From assembly GCA_035623685.1 (NCBI GenBank), contig DASPSY010000094.1, forward strand, positions 3,305 through 67,304: a stretch of DNA of 64,000 nt. The letters run 5' to 3'. The stretch is from Gaiellaceae bacterium. Its GTDB lineage: Bacteria; Actinomycetota; Thermoleophilia; Gaiellales; Gaiellaceae. Below the pieces are notes generated by a model. It saw nothing but the letters and a program-made list of their open reading frames with translations. It was not told where the DNA came from and ran no database searches. Each line of letters starts with the position of its first letter. Within the stretch, counting starts at the first letter, position 1. Position numbers and translations under genes: made by a program. This document shows positions 29,254 to 39,889 of the stretch, one piece after another.

Positions 29254-30243
29254 ATGCGCGTCGTCTGCCTGCCCGGGGACGGAATCGGCGCCGAGGTGAC
29301 GGCTGCCTCGCGTCGCGTGCTCGAGGCGCTGCCGCTCGAGGTCGAGCTCGAGGAGTACGTGTTCGGCGGCGCGGCGATCCACGAGACCGGGGATCCGCTT
29401 CCCCCCGAGACGCTCGCGGCGTGCCGTCGCTCGGACGCCGTGCTGCTCGGCGCGGTCGGCTTACCCGAGTTCGACGGCGCGCCGGTGCGTCCCGAGCAGG
29501 GGTTGATCCGCATCCGCGGCGAGCTGGACGTCTACGCCAACCTCAGGCCGAGCCAGGGCGACGGGATCGACCTGCTGATCGTCCGCGAGCTCGTCGGCGG
29601 CCTCTACTTCGGCGCGAGCGGTCGACGCGCGGACGGTTCCGCATTCGACACCTGCGACTACACACCGGCCCAGATCGACCGCCTCGCGCGACGCGCATTC
29701 GAGCTCGCACGCGACCGCCGAGGGCTCGTCACCTCCGTCGACAAGGCGAACGTGCTCGAGACCGGACGACTCTGGCGGGAGACGGTGACCGAGGTCGCCG
29801 TCGACTACCCCGACGTGCGCCTCGAGCACATGCTGGTCGACACTGCCGGCCTGCAGCTCGTGCTCGACGCATCGCGCTTCGACGTGATCGCCACCGAGAA
29901 CACGTTCGGGGACATCCTCTCGGACGTCGCTGCAGGGACGTGCGGCGGTCTCGGACTCGCCGCCTCCGCTTCGCTCGGCGACGGCAATCCCGGGATCTTC
30001 GAGCCCGTGCACGGATCGGCGCCGGACATCGCAGGCAAGGGGATCGCGAACCCGGCCGCGTCGCTTCGCTCCACTGCGTTGCTCCTTCGCCACGCCGCCG
30101 CAGAGCTCGTGCTCGCGGCCCAGCTGGAGCGCGCCGTCGAGGCGGCCCTTGCGACGATCCCCACACCCGACCTCGGCGGAACGGCCACGACCGACGAGTT
30201 CACGGACGCCGTGCTGGCGGAGCTCGACGGCGCGGCGCTGTAG
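29254..30243 (+). CDS. leuB: 3-isopropylmalate dehydrogenase
   Basis: [15 protein letters not shown]..., [42 protein letters not shown] and [15 protein letters not shown] form the canonical IPMDH motif set. Confidence 0.9.
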   Translation: [329 protein letters not shown]

Positions 30244-30257
30244 CTAGGCTCGGCGTC

Positions 30258-31100
30258 ATGAACGAACACGGGACATCGACCACGATCGCGTACGCAGGCG
30301 GCGCCGCCGCGCACAGCGCTGCTGCCGCCGAGCGCCTGTTTCCCGACAGTGGCGAGCTGCGATCGCTGGACACATTCACCGACGTCGTGCAGGAAACGGT
30401 CGAGGGCCGTGCGACGTACGGCGTCCTACCGATCGAGAGCTCGCTCGTCGGACCCGTCGCGGAGACGCACGACCTGCTCTACCGTGCACCGCTCTCGATC
30501 ACCGCGGAGACGTCGATCCCGATCCGGCATCACCTCGTCGCACGCGAGCAGCTCGCGCCGACGGACGTGCGAGTCGTGCGTTCGCATCCCGTCGCACTCG
30601 AGCAGTGCCGCGAGCTCCTGCGGCGACTGCGCGGAGCGAAGGCGATCGCTGCACCGACGACGGCGGATGCAGCGGCTCAGGTAGCCGAGTCGGAGGAGTC
30701 GGGCGAGGCCGCGATCGCGAGCGACCGGGCCGCGGCCCTCTACGGGCTGCACGTGATCGAGTCGGACGTCGGCGACCACCCAGAGGCATTCACGCGCTTC
30801 GTCTCCGTCGCCTCCCACACGCGTATCGACCGCGAGCACGAGACCTGGAGAACGGCGTTCTCGTTCGTCACCGACCATCGCGCCGGCGCGCTGCACGGCG
30901 CGATCGAGCCGTTCGCACGCCACGGCATCGACCTCGTCCAACTCGTGTCGCGTCCGATCCCGGAGTCGCCGTGGAGCTACCGCTTCGACGCTGTGCTCAC
31001 GGGCCATCCGCTCGACCCGGAGATCCGCGTCGCGCTCGGCGAGCTGCGCGAGCGTTCGCTCACGCTCCGCGTCTTCGGCTCGTACCCGGCCGGCGCCTAG
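30258..31100 (+). CDS. pheA: prephenate dehydratase (PDT + ACT domains)
   Basis: ATG 30258 in ORF 29421..31100: ...IAYAGGAAAHSAAAAERLFP...YGVLPIESSLVGPV..., TRFV, and ACT region SFVTDHRAGALHGAIEPFARHGIDLVQLVSRP. Confidence 0.86.
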   Translation: MNEHGTSTTIAYAGGAAAHSAAAAERLFPDSGELRSLDTFTDVVQETVEGRATYGVLPIESSLVGPVAETHDLLYRAPLSITAETSIPIRHHLVAREQLAPTDVRVVRSHPVALEQCRELLRRLRGAKAIAAPTTADAAAQVAESEESGEAAIASDRAAALYGLHVIESDVGDHPEAFTRFVSVASHTRIDREHETWRTAFSFVTDHRAGALHGAIEPFARHGIDLVQLVSRPIPESPWSYRFDAVLTGHPLDPEIRVALGELRERSLTLRVFGSYPAGA

Positions 31101-31690
31101 ACCGCGAGCGCCGTCGTGTCGACCGGAGCGGAGTGCGAGGCCTCGTACTGCGCGATCTCGTCGACCCGCTGCAACGTCAGCGCGATGTCGTCGAGCCCGT
31201 GCAGAAGGCACTCACGGGAGAAGGGGTCGAGCTCGAACTCCATCACGCTCCCGTCCGGCGCGACCACCTGCTGCTCCTCGAGATCGACGGTCAAGGACGC
31301 GCCGTCCGCGCACGCTGCGATGAGGGCGCGCACCCGGTCCGACGCGAGCGCCACCGGCAGGAGGCCGATCTTGAGCGCGTTCGTCCGGAAGATGTCGCCG
31401 AACGAAGGCGCGATCACGACGTCGAAGCCGTAGTCCTGGAGCGCCCAGGCCGCATGCTCGCGTGACGAGCCGCAGCCGAAGTTCCGTCCCGCGAGCAGGA
31501 TCTTCGCGCCCTCGTACTCATCGCGTCGCAGCTCGAAGCCGGGATCCTTGATCCAGTCGTAGAACAGGTACTCGCCGTAGCCCGTGCGCTCGATCCGCTT
31601 CAGGAACTGCTTGGGGATGATCTGGTCGGTGTCGACGTCGACGCGGTCGAGCACGGCGACGCGCGCCGTGAGCCGATGGAACTCCTTCAC
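31097..31690 (-). CDS. leuD: 3-isopropylmalate dehydratase small subunit
   Basis: GTG 31690 (GTGA overlap with the leuC stop): [46 protein letters not shown]...[17 protein letters not shown]. Confidence 0.92.
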   Translation of the reverse strand: MKEFHRLTARVAVLDRVDVDTDQIIPKQFLKRIERTGYGEYLFYDWIKDPGFELRRDEYEGAKILLAGRNFGCGSSREHAAWALQDYGFDVVIAPSFGDIFRTNALKIGLLPVALASDRVRALIAACADGASLTVDLEEQQVVAPDGSVMEFELDPFSRECLLHGLDDIALTLQRVDEIAQYEASHSAPVDTTALAV

Positions 31691-33099
31691 GCCGCTGGCT
31701 CCAGCGCCCGTGGGTCGACGAAGTGTCCCGCGAGCGCAGCCGCAGCGGCGAGCGCCGGGCTGACGAGGTGCGTGCGGCCGCCGCTTCCCTGCCTGCCCTC
31801 GAAGTTCCGGTTCGACGTCGACGCGCAGCGCTCGCCGGGCTGCAGGATGTCTGGATTCATGCCGAGGCACATCGAGCAGCCGGCGTTGCGCCACTCGAAG
31901 CCCGCGTCGATGAAGATCCGGTCGATCCCCTCCTCCTCGGCGCGGCGCTTCACGGTCGCCGATCCCGGAACGACCATCGCGCGCACGGACGGATGGACGC
32001 GCCTGCCCGCGACGACCGCCGCGGCCGTCCGCAGGTCCTCGATGCGCGCATTCGTGCACGAGCCGATGAAGACCCGGTCGATCGCGATGTCCTCGATCCG
32101 CGTTCCCGGCTCGAGCCCCATGTAGACGAGCGCGCGCTCGGCCGCGGCGCGCGCGTCGGGGTCGGCGAAGTCGGTCGGGTCGGGAACGCGGCCGTCGAGC
32201 GGGACGACCATCTCGGGGTTGGTCCCCCAGGTAACTTGCGGCGCAAGCGAGGACGCCTCGACGACGACCTCGCGGTCGAACCGCGCGTCGCCGTCCGTGG
32301 CCAACGCACGCCAGTCGTCGAGCGCGCGCTCCCAGGCGCCGCCGACAGGCGCGGCAGGCCGTCCTTCCATGTACGAGAAGGTCGTGTCGTCGGGAGCGAT
32401 CATCCCGGCGCGCGCGCCCCACTCGATCGACATGTTGCAGATCGTCATCCGGTTCTCCATCGAGAGCTGCCGGATCGTCTCGCCCGCGTACTCGACGACG
32501 TGGCCGACACCGCCGGCGACGCCCACCTGCCCGATCGTCGCAAGGATCAGGTCCTTCGCGGTCACGTAGTCTGGCGGCTCGCCCGCGAACGAGACGCGCA
32601 TCGTCCTCGGCCGCGGCTGCGGAAGGGTCTGCGTGGCGAGCACGTGCTCGACCTCCGAGGTGCCGATCCCGAACGCGAGCGCGCCGAACGCGCCGTGCGT
32701 GGAGGTGTGCGAGTCGCCGCACACGATCGTCATCCCGGGCTGCGTCAGCCCGAGCTCTGGCCCGATCACGTGGACGATCCCTTCGCGCCCGCTGCCCGTG
32801 GCGAGAAGCGGGACGCCGAACTCCTCGCAGTTGCGTCGTAGTGCATCGAGCTGCTCCCGGGCGAGCGGATCACGCACAGGCCCGTCCTCGGTCGGCACGT
32901 TGTGGTCCATGGTCGCGACCGACAGGTCGGGCCGCCGCACCCGGCGCCGCGCCAGCCGCAGCCCTTCGAAGGCCTGCGGCGAAGTCACCTCGTGGATCAG
33001 GTGGAGGTCGACGTACAGCAGCGCAGGCTCGCCGTCGCGCTCCGCGACGACGTGCCGCTCCCAGATGCGATCGAACAGCGTGCGGCCCGCTCCCGTCAT
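31687..33099 (-). CDS. leuC: 3-isopropylmalate dehydratase large subunit
   Basis: [18 protein letters not shown]...[21 protein letters not shown]..., [24 protein letters not shown] and [12 protein letters not shown] are aconitase-family Fe-S ligand motifs. Confidence 0.95.
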   Translation of the reverse strand: MTGAGRTLFDRIWERHVVAERDGEPALLYVDLHLIHEVTSPQAFEGLRLARRRVRRPDLSVATMDHNVPTEDGPVRDPLAREQLDALRRNCEEFGVPLLATGSGREGIVHVIGPELGLTQPGMTIVCGDSHTSTHGAFGALAFGIGTSEVEHVLATQTLPQPRPRTMRVSFAGEPPDYVTAKDLILATIGQVGVAGGVGHVVEYAGETIRQLSMENRMTICNMSIEWGARAGMIAPDDTTFSYMEGRPAAPVGGAWERALDDWRALATDGDARFDREVVVEASSLAPQVTWGTNPEMVVPLDGRVPDPTDFADPDARAAAERALVYMGLEPGTRIEDIAIDRVFIGSCTNARIEDLRTAAAVVAGRRVHPSVRAMVVPGSATVKRRAEEEGIDRIFIDAGFEWRNAGCSMCLGMNPDILQPGERCASTSNRNFEGRQGSGGRTHLVSPALAAAAALAGHFVDPRALEPAA

Positions 33100-33141
33100 C
33101 GCTCTAAGGCTAGACGGGCGCGCGTCGCCCGCGCGAACCAG

Positions 33142-33690
33142 CTACGCGTGCGCCGGCTCGGTCTCCGCGACGAGCTCGTCCGCCGTCGTCAGCCGCGCGC
33201 CATAGGCCATCTCGAGGTAGGCGAGCGCCTCGCCCTCGTCGACGCCCTCGAAGCCGCAGACGGCATCGCCTGGAATCGTGATTCCGTAGCCGCGGATCAG
33301 CGCTCCGTACGAGGAGTGCCGGACACAGATGTGCGTGTGCTGCCCGGTGATCACGACCTCGTCGACGCCACGCTCCTTCAGCTGCTCGTCGAGGCCCGTG
33401 AAGTCGAAGGCGCCGTACACGCGCTTCGGCGAGACGATCTCGCCCTCGCGGGGCGCCAGCTGCGGGATCACCTCGGCCTCCGGCGTCCCTGCCATCGCAT
33501 GCTCACCCCAGACGCGAAGCTCGGGGTCGCCCGGCTCGTGCGCGTCGTTCGAGTAGACGACGACCCAGCCGTCCTCGCGCGCGCGCTCGAGCAGCTGCTG
33601 GATCGGCCCGATGATCGCCTGCGCTTTCGGATTCGCGAGTTTCCCGTCGACGAAGTCGTTCAGCATGTCGACAATGATCAGTGCGCGCAT
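33142..33690 (-). CDS. isochorismatase-family cysteine hydrolase (nicotinamidase-like)
   Basis: ATG 33690 with GGAGG SD: MRALIIVDMLNDFV...VVITGQHTHICVRHS (catalytic Cys context). 182 aa. The remainder of ORF 33142..34860 is antisense to thrC. Confidence 0.75.
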   Translation of the reverse strand: MRALIIVDMLNDFVDGKLANPKAQAIIGPIQQLLERAREDGWVVVYSNDAHEPGDPELRVWGEHAMAGTPEAEVIPQLAPREGEIVSPKRVYGAFDFTGLDEQLKERGVDEVVITGQHTHICVRHSSYGALIRGYGITIPGDAVCGFEGVDEGEALAYLEMAYGARLTTADELVAETEPAHA

Positions 33691-33855
33691 CACGGGACCT
33701 CCAGTTATCGACTCATAGTCTAAAACCTCGTGTGGCACCAGCATAGCGCCGTTCCGTGGCCCGATGACGGATGAAGCGTCGACGGCGTCCGCCGTGAGCG
33801 CCGTTATGGTCAGCGCCATCCTCACGACCGTGATCTCCTCGGGCGCGAGAGCGTC

Positions 33856-34842
33856 GTGACGCAGCCGCTCGCCGAGCGCTACCGCGACCGACTGCCGCTC
33901 ACGGCGACGACGCCGATCGTCTCGCTCGGCGAGGGGTCGACGCCGCTTCTCGCCGCGCCGCGGCTCTCGCAACGGCTGGGCCTCGAGCTCTGGCTGAAGT
34001 GCGAGGGCCAGAACCCGACGGGCTCCTTCAAGGACCGCGGCATGACCGTCGCGCTCTCCAAGGCACTCGAGGACGGCGCCGAGGCCGTCGTCTGCGCGTC
34101 GACTGGAAACACGGCCGCGTCCGCGGCCGCGTACGCCGCCCGCGCCGGGATCGCCGCGCTCGTCCTCCAGCCCGCCGGCGCGGTCGCCGCAGGCAAGCTG
34201 GCCCAGGCACGGGCCGTCGGCGCGCGCCTGCTCGAGGTTCGTGGCTCGTTCGACGAAGCGCTCGCCGCCGCGGAGGAGTTGGCGAGGCGCGGCACGCACG
34301 TGCTCGTCAACTCGGGGATGAACGCCTATCGGATCGAGGGCCAGAAGACGGCGGCCTTCGAGATCTCCGACGAGCTGGGCCGTCCGCCGGACGTCGTCGC
34401 CCTCCCGTACGGTGGCGGCGGCAACACGCGCGCGTACTACAAGGGCTTCGTCGAGCTCGGCGCAGGAATCCCGCGGCTGCTCGCAGGGGAGTCCGCGCAG
34501 CGGACGACGACGGCCGCGACCGCGATCCGGATCGCCGATCCGGTGCACGCCGCCGAGGTCGAGGAGGCGGTACTCGGATCGGACGGCCGGGTGGTGACGC
34601 TCAGGGAGGAGGCGATCATCGACGCGTGGCGACTGCTCGCCCACGACGAGGGCGTCTTCTGCGAGCCGGCGTCGGCCGCCGGAGTCGCGGCTGTCCAGGC
34701 GACGGAGCTCGCCCCCGGCACGCGTGTGGTCTGCGTCGTCACGGGCCACGGCCTCAAGGACCCGGCCTCGGCGACGCGCTTGACACCTGAGCCGATCGCC
34801 GTCGACCCCGACCCGGACGCCATCGCCGAGGCCGGGCGATGA
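33856..34842 (+). CDS. thrC: threonine synthase (housekeeping type, 328 aa)
   Basis: RYRDRLPLTATTPIVSLGEGSTPLL...KCEGQNPTGSFKDRGMTVALSKA...CASTGNTAASAAAYAARAG closely follows the actinobacterial ThrC pattern. ATGA-coupled to thrB. Confidence 0.9.
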   Translation: MTQPLAERYRDRLPLTATTPIVSLGEGSTPLLAAPRLSQRLGLELWLKCEGQNPTGSFKDRGMTVALSKALEDGAEAVVCASTGNTAASAAAYAARAGIAALVLQPAGAVAAGKLAQARAVGARLLEVRGSFDEALAAAEELARRGTHVLVNSGMNAYRIEGQKTAAFEISDELGRPPDVVALPYGGGGNTRAYYKGFVELGAGIPRLLAGESAQRTTTAATAIRIADPVHAAEVEEAVLGSDGRVVTLREEAIIDAWRLLAHDEGVFCEPASAAGVAAVQATELAPGTRVVCVVTGHGLKDPASATRLTPEPIAVDPDPDAIAEAGR

Positions 34843-35647
34843 GGATCCACGTCCGGGCACCGGCGACCACCGCGAACCTCGGCCCCGCCTTCGACTGCGC
34901 GGCGGTCGCGCTCGAGCTCTGGAACGAGCTCGAGGTCACGAACGGCAACGGCGACGCCGACCCGTCGCACCTCGGCATCCGCGCGTTTGCGCGATTCGCT
35001 CCGGCCGACGGGCTCCGCTTCGAGTTCGTCGACCGCGTCCCACGGGAGCGCGGGCTCGGCTCGAGCGCTTCGGTGGTCGCGCTCGGGCTGGTCGCAGGCG
35101 CGGTCGCCGCGGGCGTCCAGCCCGACGCGGAGCGGCTGCTCGCAGCGGGTCTCGACCTCGAGGGTCACGGCGACAACCTCGCGGCCGCGCTCGCGGGTGG
35201 CGTTTGCCTGACGTGGGAGCAGCGGATCGCGCGGATCGCGGACGACACGCCCGCCACCCCGATCGCGGTCGTTCCGGCGGCGCGAGTGAACACCGCGAAG
35301 TCCCGCGCGTCGCTTCCCGTCGAAGTGACGCACGCCGACGCCGCGTTCAACGCGGGACGCGGCACGCTGCTCGGCGCCGCGCTCGCGTCCGGATCGACCG
35401 ACCTGTTCGCTGCCGCCCTGCACGACCGCCTGCACGAGCCGTATCGCTCGCCCTTCCTCGACGAGGTCCGCAACGCGCTGCCGGACGGGGCGCTCGGCGC
35501 GACGCTCTCCGGGTCCGGTCCGACGGTGATCGTGTGGGCGGAGCGAACCGCGGCCGGCGGGTGCGCGACCGAGCTGGCGCAGACGTTTCCCGAGCAGGAC
35601 GTCCGGCCGCTCGCGGTCGCGACGACCGGCGCGGTCGCCGCCGTGAG

Positions 35648-35651
<4 letters not shown>
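34839..35651 (+). CDS. thrB: homoserine kinase
   Basis: [22 protein letters not shown]..., the GHMP kinase motif [11 protein letters not shown], and LSGSGPTV. Confidence 0.9.
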
Positions 35652-36739
<1,088 letters not shown>

Positions 36740-36790
36740 CTGACGGCTACCTCCGAGCTTGATGGTTGACGGGGGACTCGATCGACCTTC

Positions 36791-36822
36791 AAGACGCGAA
36801 AGAGCCGGTACACGCCCGGCTC
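36791..36822 (-). terminator. hairpin + U-tract downstream of the asparaginase-like gene
   Basis: Minus-strand RNA GAGCCGG-GCGUGUA-CCGGCUC followed by UUUCGCGUCUU, 55 nt after the stop at 36877. Confidence 0.45.
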
Positions 36823-36876
36823 ACGCTCTCGCCACGGCGGATATTACACCGACGGTCGAGTTTCGCCACGTTTTTT

Positions 36877-37863
36877 TCAGCCCTCGGCGACCATTTCGCC
36901 GACGGCCTCGCCGCGGGTGTTCTCGACCGTGGCGACGGCCAGGCCGCCGAGGTCGTGGCCGAGCCGACCGAGGAAGGCTGCGGCGGCAGGCCCGAGCGAG
37001 CGGCCGTTCCCGTCCTCGCACTTGAGGGCGACGCCGATCCCGTCCCCGGCCGCGCAGAGGAGCCCCTCGGCCCCACCCTTCGCGATCCAGCCGGGCAGCG
37101 CCTTCATCAGCTCGGTGTCGGTCGCGCCCGGGCCGCGGATCAGATCGGGGTCGCCACGGATGGCGGCGGCGACGCGCGCACCCCCCTCGACCTCCTCGAA
37201 GCGGGCGAACGCGCGCGCCATTCGCTCAAGTGGCATTGCGAACGTGACCACGCCGCACCCGTCGACGCCGGTCTCGAGCTCGTCCACCGTCAGCTCCGCC
37301 GCCTCGGCGTGGACGGCGTGCATCGCACGTTGGACGCGGTGGCCCTCGAGCCGGTAACCCTCGCTCCGCCAGCCGTGCGCGCGGCAGAGGGCGAGCATCG
37401 CCGCGTGCTTCCCCGAGCAGTTGTGGTTCAGCCTGCGCGGAGGGTTGCCCGCGGGCCCGCACTCGAGCTCGCCCTCCGTGGCCGGAGCCTTCGCCAGCAG
37501 GGCGCGCACGGCCTCGAGCTGGCGTGCGTCCGCGAGATGCGAGGCCGAGGCGATCGCCAGATCGCGATCGTCGAGATCGTCGCGTGCGCGGGCGAGCGGT
37601 ACCGCCTGGATCGGCTTCGAGGACGAGCGCATGAAGCACACGCCGCTCACATCCCCCGCCTGTTCGACGACGGCCCCGTCCGCGACCGCAACGGCATGGA
37701 CGCGATGGCGCGCCTCGACGATCCCTGCTCGCTTGACCGTTACGCTGATCGCGTCGATGGCCTGGAGCCTAAAGGCGTTCGTCGAGCTCGATGCCTGAGC
37801 TGCCCGAGATCGAGGCGTGGCGCCGCGCGCTCGACGCACCGGTGTCGGCCGCCCCGATCGCAA
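36877..37863 (-). CDS. asparaginase family protein (Rhizobium-type 'asparaginase II' fold); start uncertain
   Basis: ISVTVKRAGIVEARHRVHAVAV...MRSSSKPIQA...ASHL...NCSGKHAAML...GVDGCGV...AKGGAEG resembles the R. etli-type asparaginase family. TTG 37863 and GTG 37839 both give an Arg-rich extension that overlaps fpg. Confidence 0.6.
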   Translation of the reverse strand: MRSGRPTPVRRARGATPRSRAAQASSSTNAFRLQAIDAISVTVKRAGIVEARHRVHAVAVADGAVVEQAGDVSGVCFMRSSSKPIQAVPLARARDDLDDRDLAIASASHLADARQLEAVRALLAKAPATEGELECGPAGNPPRRLNHNCSGKHAAMLALCRAHGWRSEGYRLEGHRVQRAMHAVHAEAAELTVDELETGVDGCGVVTFAMPLERMARAFARFEEVEGGARVAAAIRGDPDLIRGPGATDTELMKALPGWIAKGGAEGLLCAAGDGIGVALKCEDGNGRSLGPAAAAFLGRLGHDLGGLAVATVENTRGEAVGEMVAEG

Positions 37864-38618
37864 AGGCCGGCCCCGCGCACGTGGCGACGCTGAAGACGTT
37901 CGAGCCGCCGCTGTCCACGCTCGAAGGACGACGGCTCGCTGGCGCGGAGCGGCGCGCGAAGCGATTGCTCTTCCCGACCGACGATGGCGAGCTCGTCCTG
38001 CTCGTGCACCTGATGACGGCGGGCCGGCTCAAGTTCCTCGGCGCGGAGGCGCGAGGACCGCGCGCGCCCGCCTTCCAGCTCGTGTTCGAGAACGGCACGC
38101 GGCTCGTGCTCACGGAGGCGGGCTCGAAGAAGCGCGCGGGCGTCTGGCTCTTGACGCCCGACGCCGCGGAGCTCGAGCTCGGACACCTCGGACCGGACGC
38201 GCTCGGGATCGGCGCCGACCGCCTCGGAGAGATCCTCGCGTCGGAGTCGCGCAGGCTGCACTCGCTGCTCCGCGACCAACGCGCGATCGCGGGCATCGGT
38301 CGCGCATGGGCGAACGAGATCCTCCATCATGCGCAGCTCTCGCCGTACGCGCTCTCTCGCGAGCTGGACGTGTCAGAGACCGAGCGGCTCGCGGAGTCGA
38401 TCGACGCGGAGCTGACGCGTGGCCTCGCCCTCCGTGAGCGCGGCGCGGGCAACGAACGGACGTATCGCGTCCACGACAAGCTCGGCGAGCCGTGTTACGT
38501 CTGCGGCGCATCGATCGCGCGCGTGGACTACGAGGAGCACACGGTCTACTACTGTCCCCGTTGCCAGACCGGCGGACGGGTGCTCAAGGACCGCCGGCTC
38601 TCACGACTGCTCCGCTAG
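37791..38618 (+). CDS. mutM: formamidopyrimidine-DNA glycosylase / endonuclease VIII family (Fpg/Nei)
   Basis: MPELPEIEAW... (N-terminal catalytic Pro after Met), the H2TH region AIAGIGRAWANEILHHAQLSP, and a C-terminal zinc finger CYVCGASIARVDYEEHTVYYCPRCQ. The Fpg versus Nei subtype is not resolved. Confidence 0.75.
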   Translation: MPELPEIEAWRRALDAPVSAAPIAKAGPAHVATLKTFEPPLSTLEGRRLAGAERRAKRLLFPTDDGELVLLVHLMTAGRLKFLGAEARGPRAPAFQLVFENGTRLVLTEAGSKKRAGVWLLTPDAAELELGHLGPDALGIGADRLGEILASESRRLHSLLRDQRAIAGIGRAWANEILHHAQLSPYALSRELDVSETERLAESIDAELTRGLALRERGAGNERTYRVHDKLGEPCYVCGASIARVDYEEHTVYYCPRCQTGGRVLKDRRLSRLLR

Positions 38619-38622
38619 ACCG

Positions 38623-39102
38623 ATGTCCGATCTGCTCCAGGCCCTCTATCGAGGCGACGACGCTCGCTTGTCCGAGCTCCTCGCCGACGATCCCGAGCTC
38701 GACGTCTTCGAGGCGGCCGCCCTGGGCAGGACCGATCGTGTGCGCGAGCTCCTCGACGGCGACCGGTCGCTCGCGAACGCCTACGCGGACGACGGCTTCC
38801 AACCGCTCGGCCTCGCCTGCTTCTTCGGACGCGTCGACAGTGCGACGCTGCTCGTCGACCGCGGCGCCGATCCGAACACGCTCGCGCGCAACGAGCATGT
38901 CCAGACCTCGGCGCTCCATGCCGCCGCCGCACGCGAGCACAAGGACGAGGACACGCGCTACCGGCTCTGCACGCTGCTGCTCGAGCACGGCGCCGACCCG
39001 AATCTCCCCCAGGGCGGCGGCTTCACGGCGATGGACGCCGCCCGAATGAACGGCGACGGGCGCGTGCGCGAGGTCCTGCTCGAGCACGGGGCGACCGGCT
39101 AG
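38623..39102 (+). CDS. ankyrin-repeat protein (159 aa)
   Basis: ATG 38623 in ORF 38419..39102. Repeated motifs: ...AAALGRTDRVRELLDGD..., GFQPLGLACFFGRVDSATLLVDRGADPN, and SALHAAA...LLLEHGADPN...TAMDAAR. Confidence 0.75.
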   Translation: MSDLLQALYRGDDARLSELLADDPELDVFEAAALGRTDRVRELLDGDRSLANAYADDGFQPLGLACFFGRVDSATLLVDRGADPNTLARNEHVQTSALHAAAAREHKDEDTRYRLCTLLLEHGADPNLPQGGGFTAMDAARMNGDGRVREVLLEHGATG

Positions 39103-39305
39103 CCCCGCTCTTCCTCCCATGCGTCGAGCAGGCCGTCGACGTGCCGACGCTGCTCGGCAGTGAACGGCACATCCGCGAGCAGGCGCCGGACCTCCGCCGG
39201 ATCGTTGTTCTCGACCGCCGCCTCGAGCCGTTCGCGCACGTCCAGCGGCTGCGCGAGCTGTCGGCGCAGCCACCGGCGCAGGCTGACTCCCGCCGCGGTC
39301 GTCAC
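39099..39305 (-). CDS. small hypothetical protein (68 aa) translationally coupled to the HK-like gene
   Basis: GTG 39305 overlaps the TGA of the upstream gene (GTGA). VTTAAGVSLRRWLRRQLAQPLDVRERLEAAVENNDPAEVRRLLADVPFTAEQRRHVDGLLDAWEEERG reads as ordinary helical protein, unlike the rest of ORF 39099..39905. Confidence 0.4.
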   Translation of the reverse strand: MTTAAGVSLRRWLRRQLAQPLDVRERLEAAVENNDPAEVRRLLADVPFTAEQRRHVDGLLDAWEEERG

Positions 39306-39889
39306 TGCGGGAGCCGAACCGTCACCGCCCCGCCGTCGAGCGTGATCGAGCCCCCAAGCGCGTCGACGAGGACGGTGGCGACCGCAGCGCCGAGATCGCG
39401 CAGGTCCTCGCCGAGCAGGACCGGGCCCGAGGAGGCGGTGACGGGACGGATGACGACGTGCGATCCGTCCGCGTCGCACGTCACCTCGTCGAGCCCGCCG
39501 TGTCGCAGCGCCGCCTGCACGAGCGCCGAGACGGCGCGCCGCGTCGCCTCGACGTCGACGTGGACGGTGCCGCCGGCTCCGCCCACGTGGACTCGATCCG
39601 GGCCGAGGTTCTCCGCTGCGCCGCGCGCGAGGTCCAGCGTGTCCACGGGCTGCAGGTTGGGTTCGTAGCGGCCGCTGCGGATGCGCGCGGCCAGGCCGAG
39701 CTCGTCGAGCAACTCGCCGAGTTGCAGCGCCGCCGCGGCGATCATGTCGACGTACTTCTGTGTCGGCTGGCCGAGGTCGTCCATGCGGACGAGCGTCTGC
39801 GCGAAGCCGTGCACCGTCGCGAGCGGTGTACGCAGGTCGTGAGCGGCCAGCGAGACGAGCCGCGCGAAAGTGGTGTCGTCGTCCCCCAT
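39302..39889 (-). CDS. soluble histidine-kinase-like protein (HisKA H-box present, ATP-binding boxes degenerate)
   Basis: 195 aa. H-box FARLVSLAAHDLRTPLATVHGF. The C-terminal half has HATPase-like topology but no clear N, G1 or G2 boxes. No TM or sensor domain, and no response regulator nearby. Confidence 0.7.
   Translation of the reverse strand: MGDDDTTFARLVSLAAHDLRTPLATVHGFAQTLVRMDDLGQPTQKYVDMIAAAALQLGELLDELGLAARIRSGRYEPNLQPVDTLDLARGAAENLGPDRVHVGGAGGTVHVDVEATRRAVSALVQAALRHGGLDEVTCDADGSHVVIRPVTASSGPVLLGEDLRDLGAAVATVLVDALGGSITLDGGAVTVRLPQ

Noticed and set aside
36740-36795. rpoD promoter guess (TTGAAG ... TCAACC) in the 55 nt between the upstream terminator and the rpoD GTG
   Set aside because: The -10 match is poor. 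The real promoter may lie upstream of the hairpin or be of a non-consensus actinobacterial type. It cannot be supported from sequence alone.
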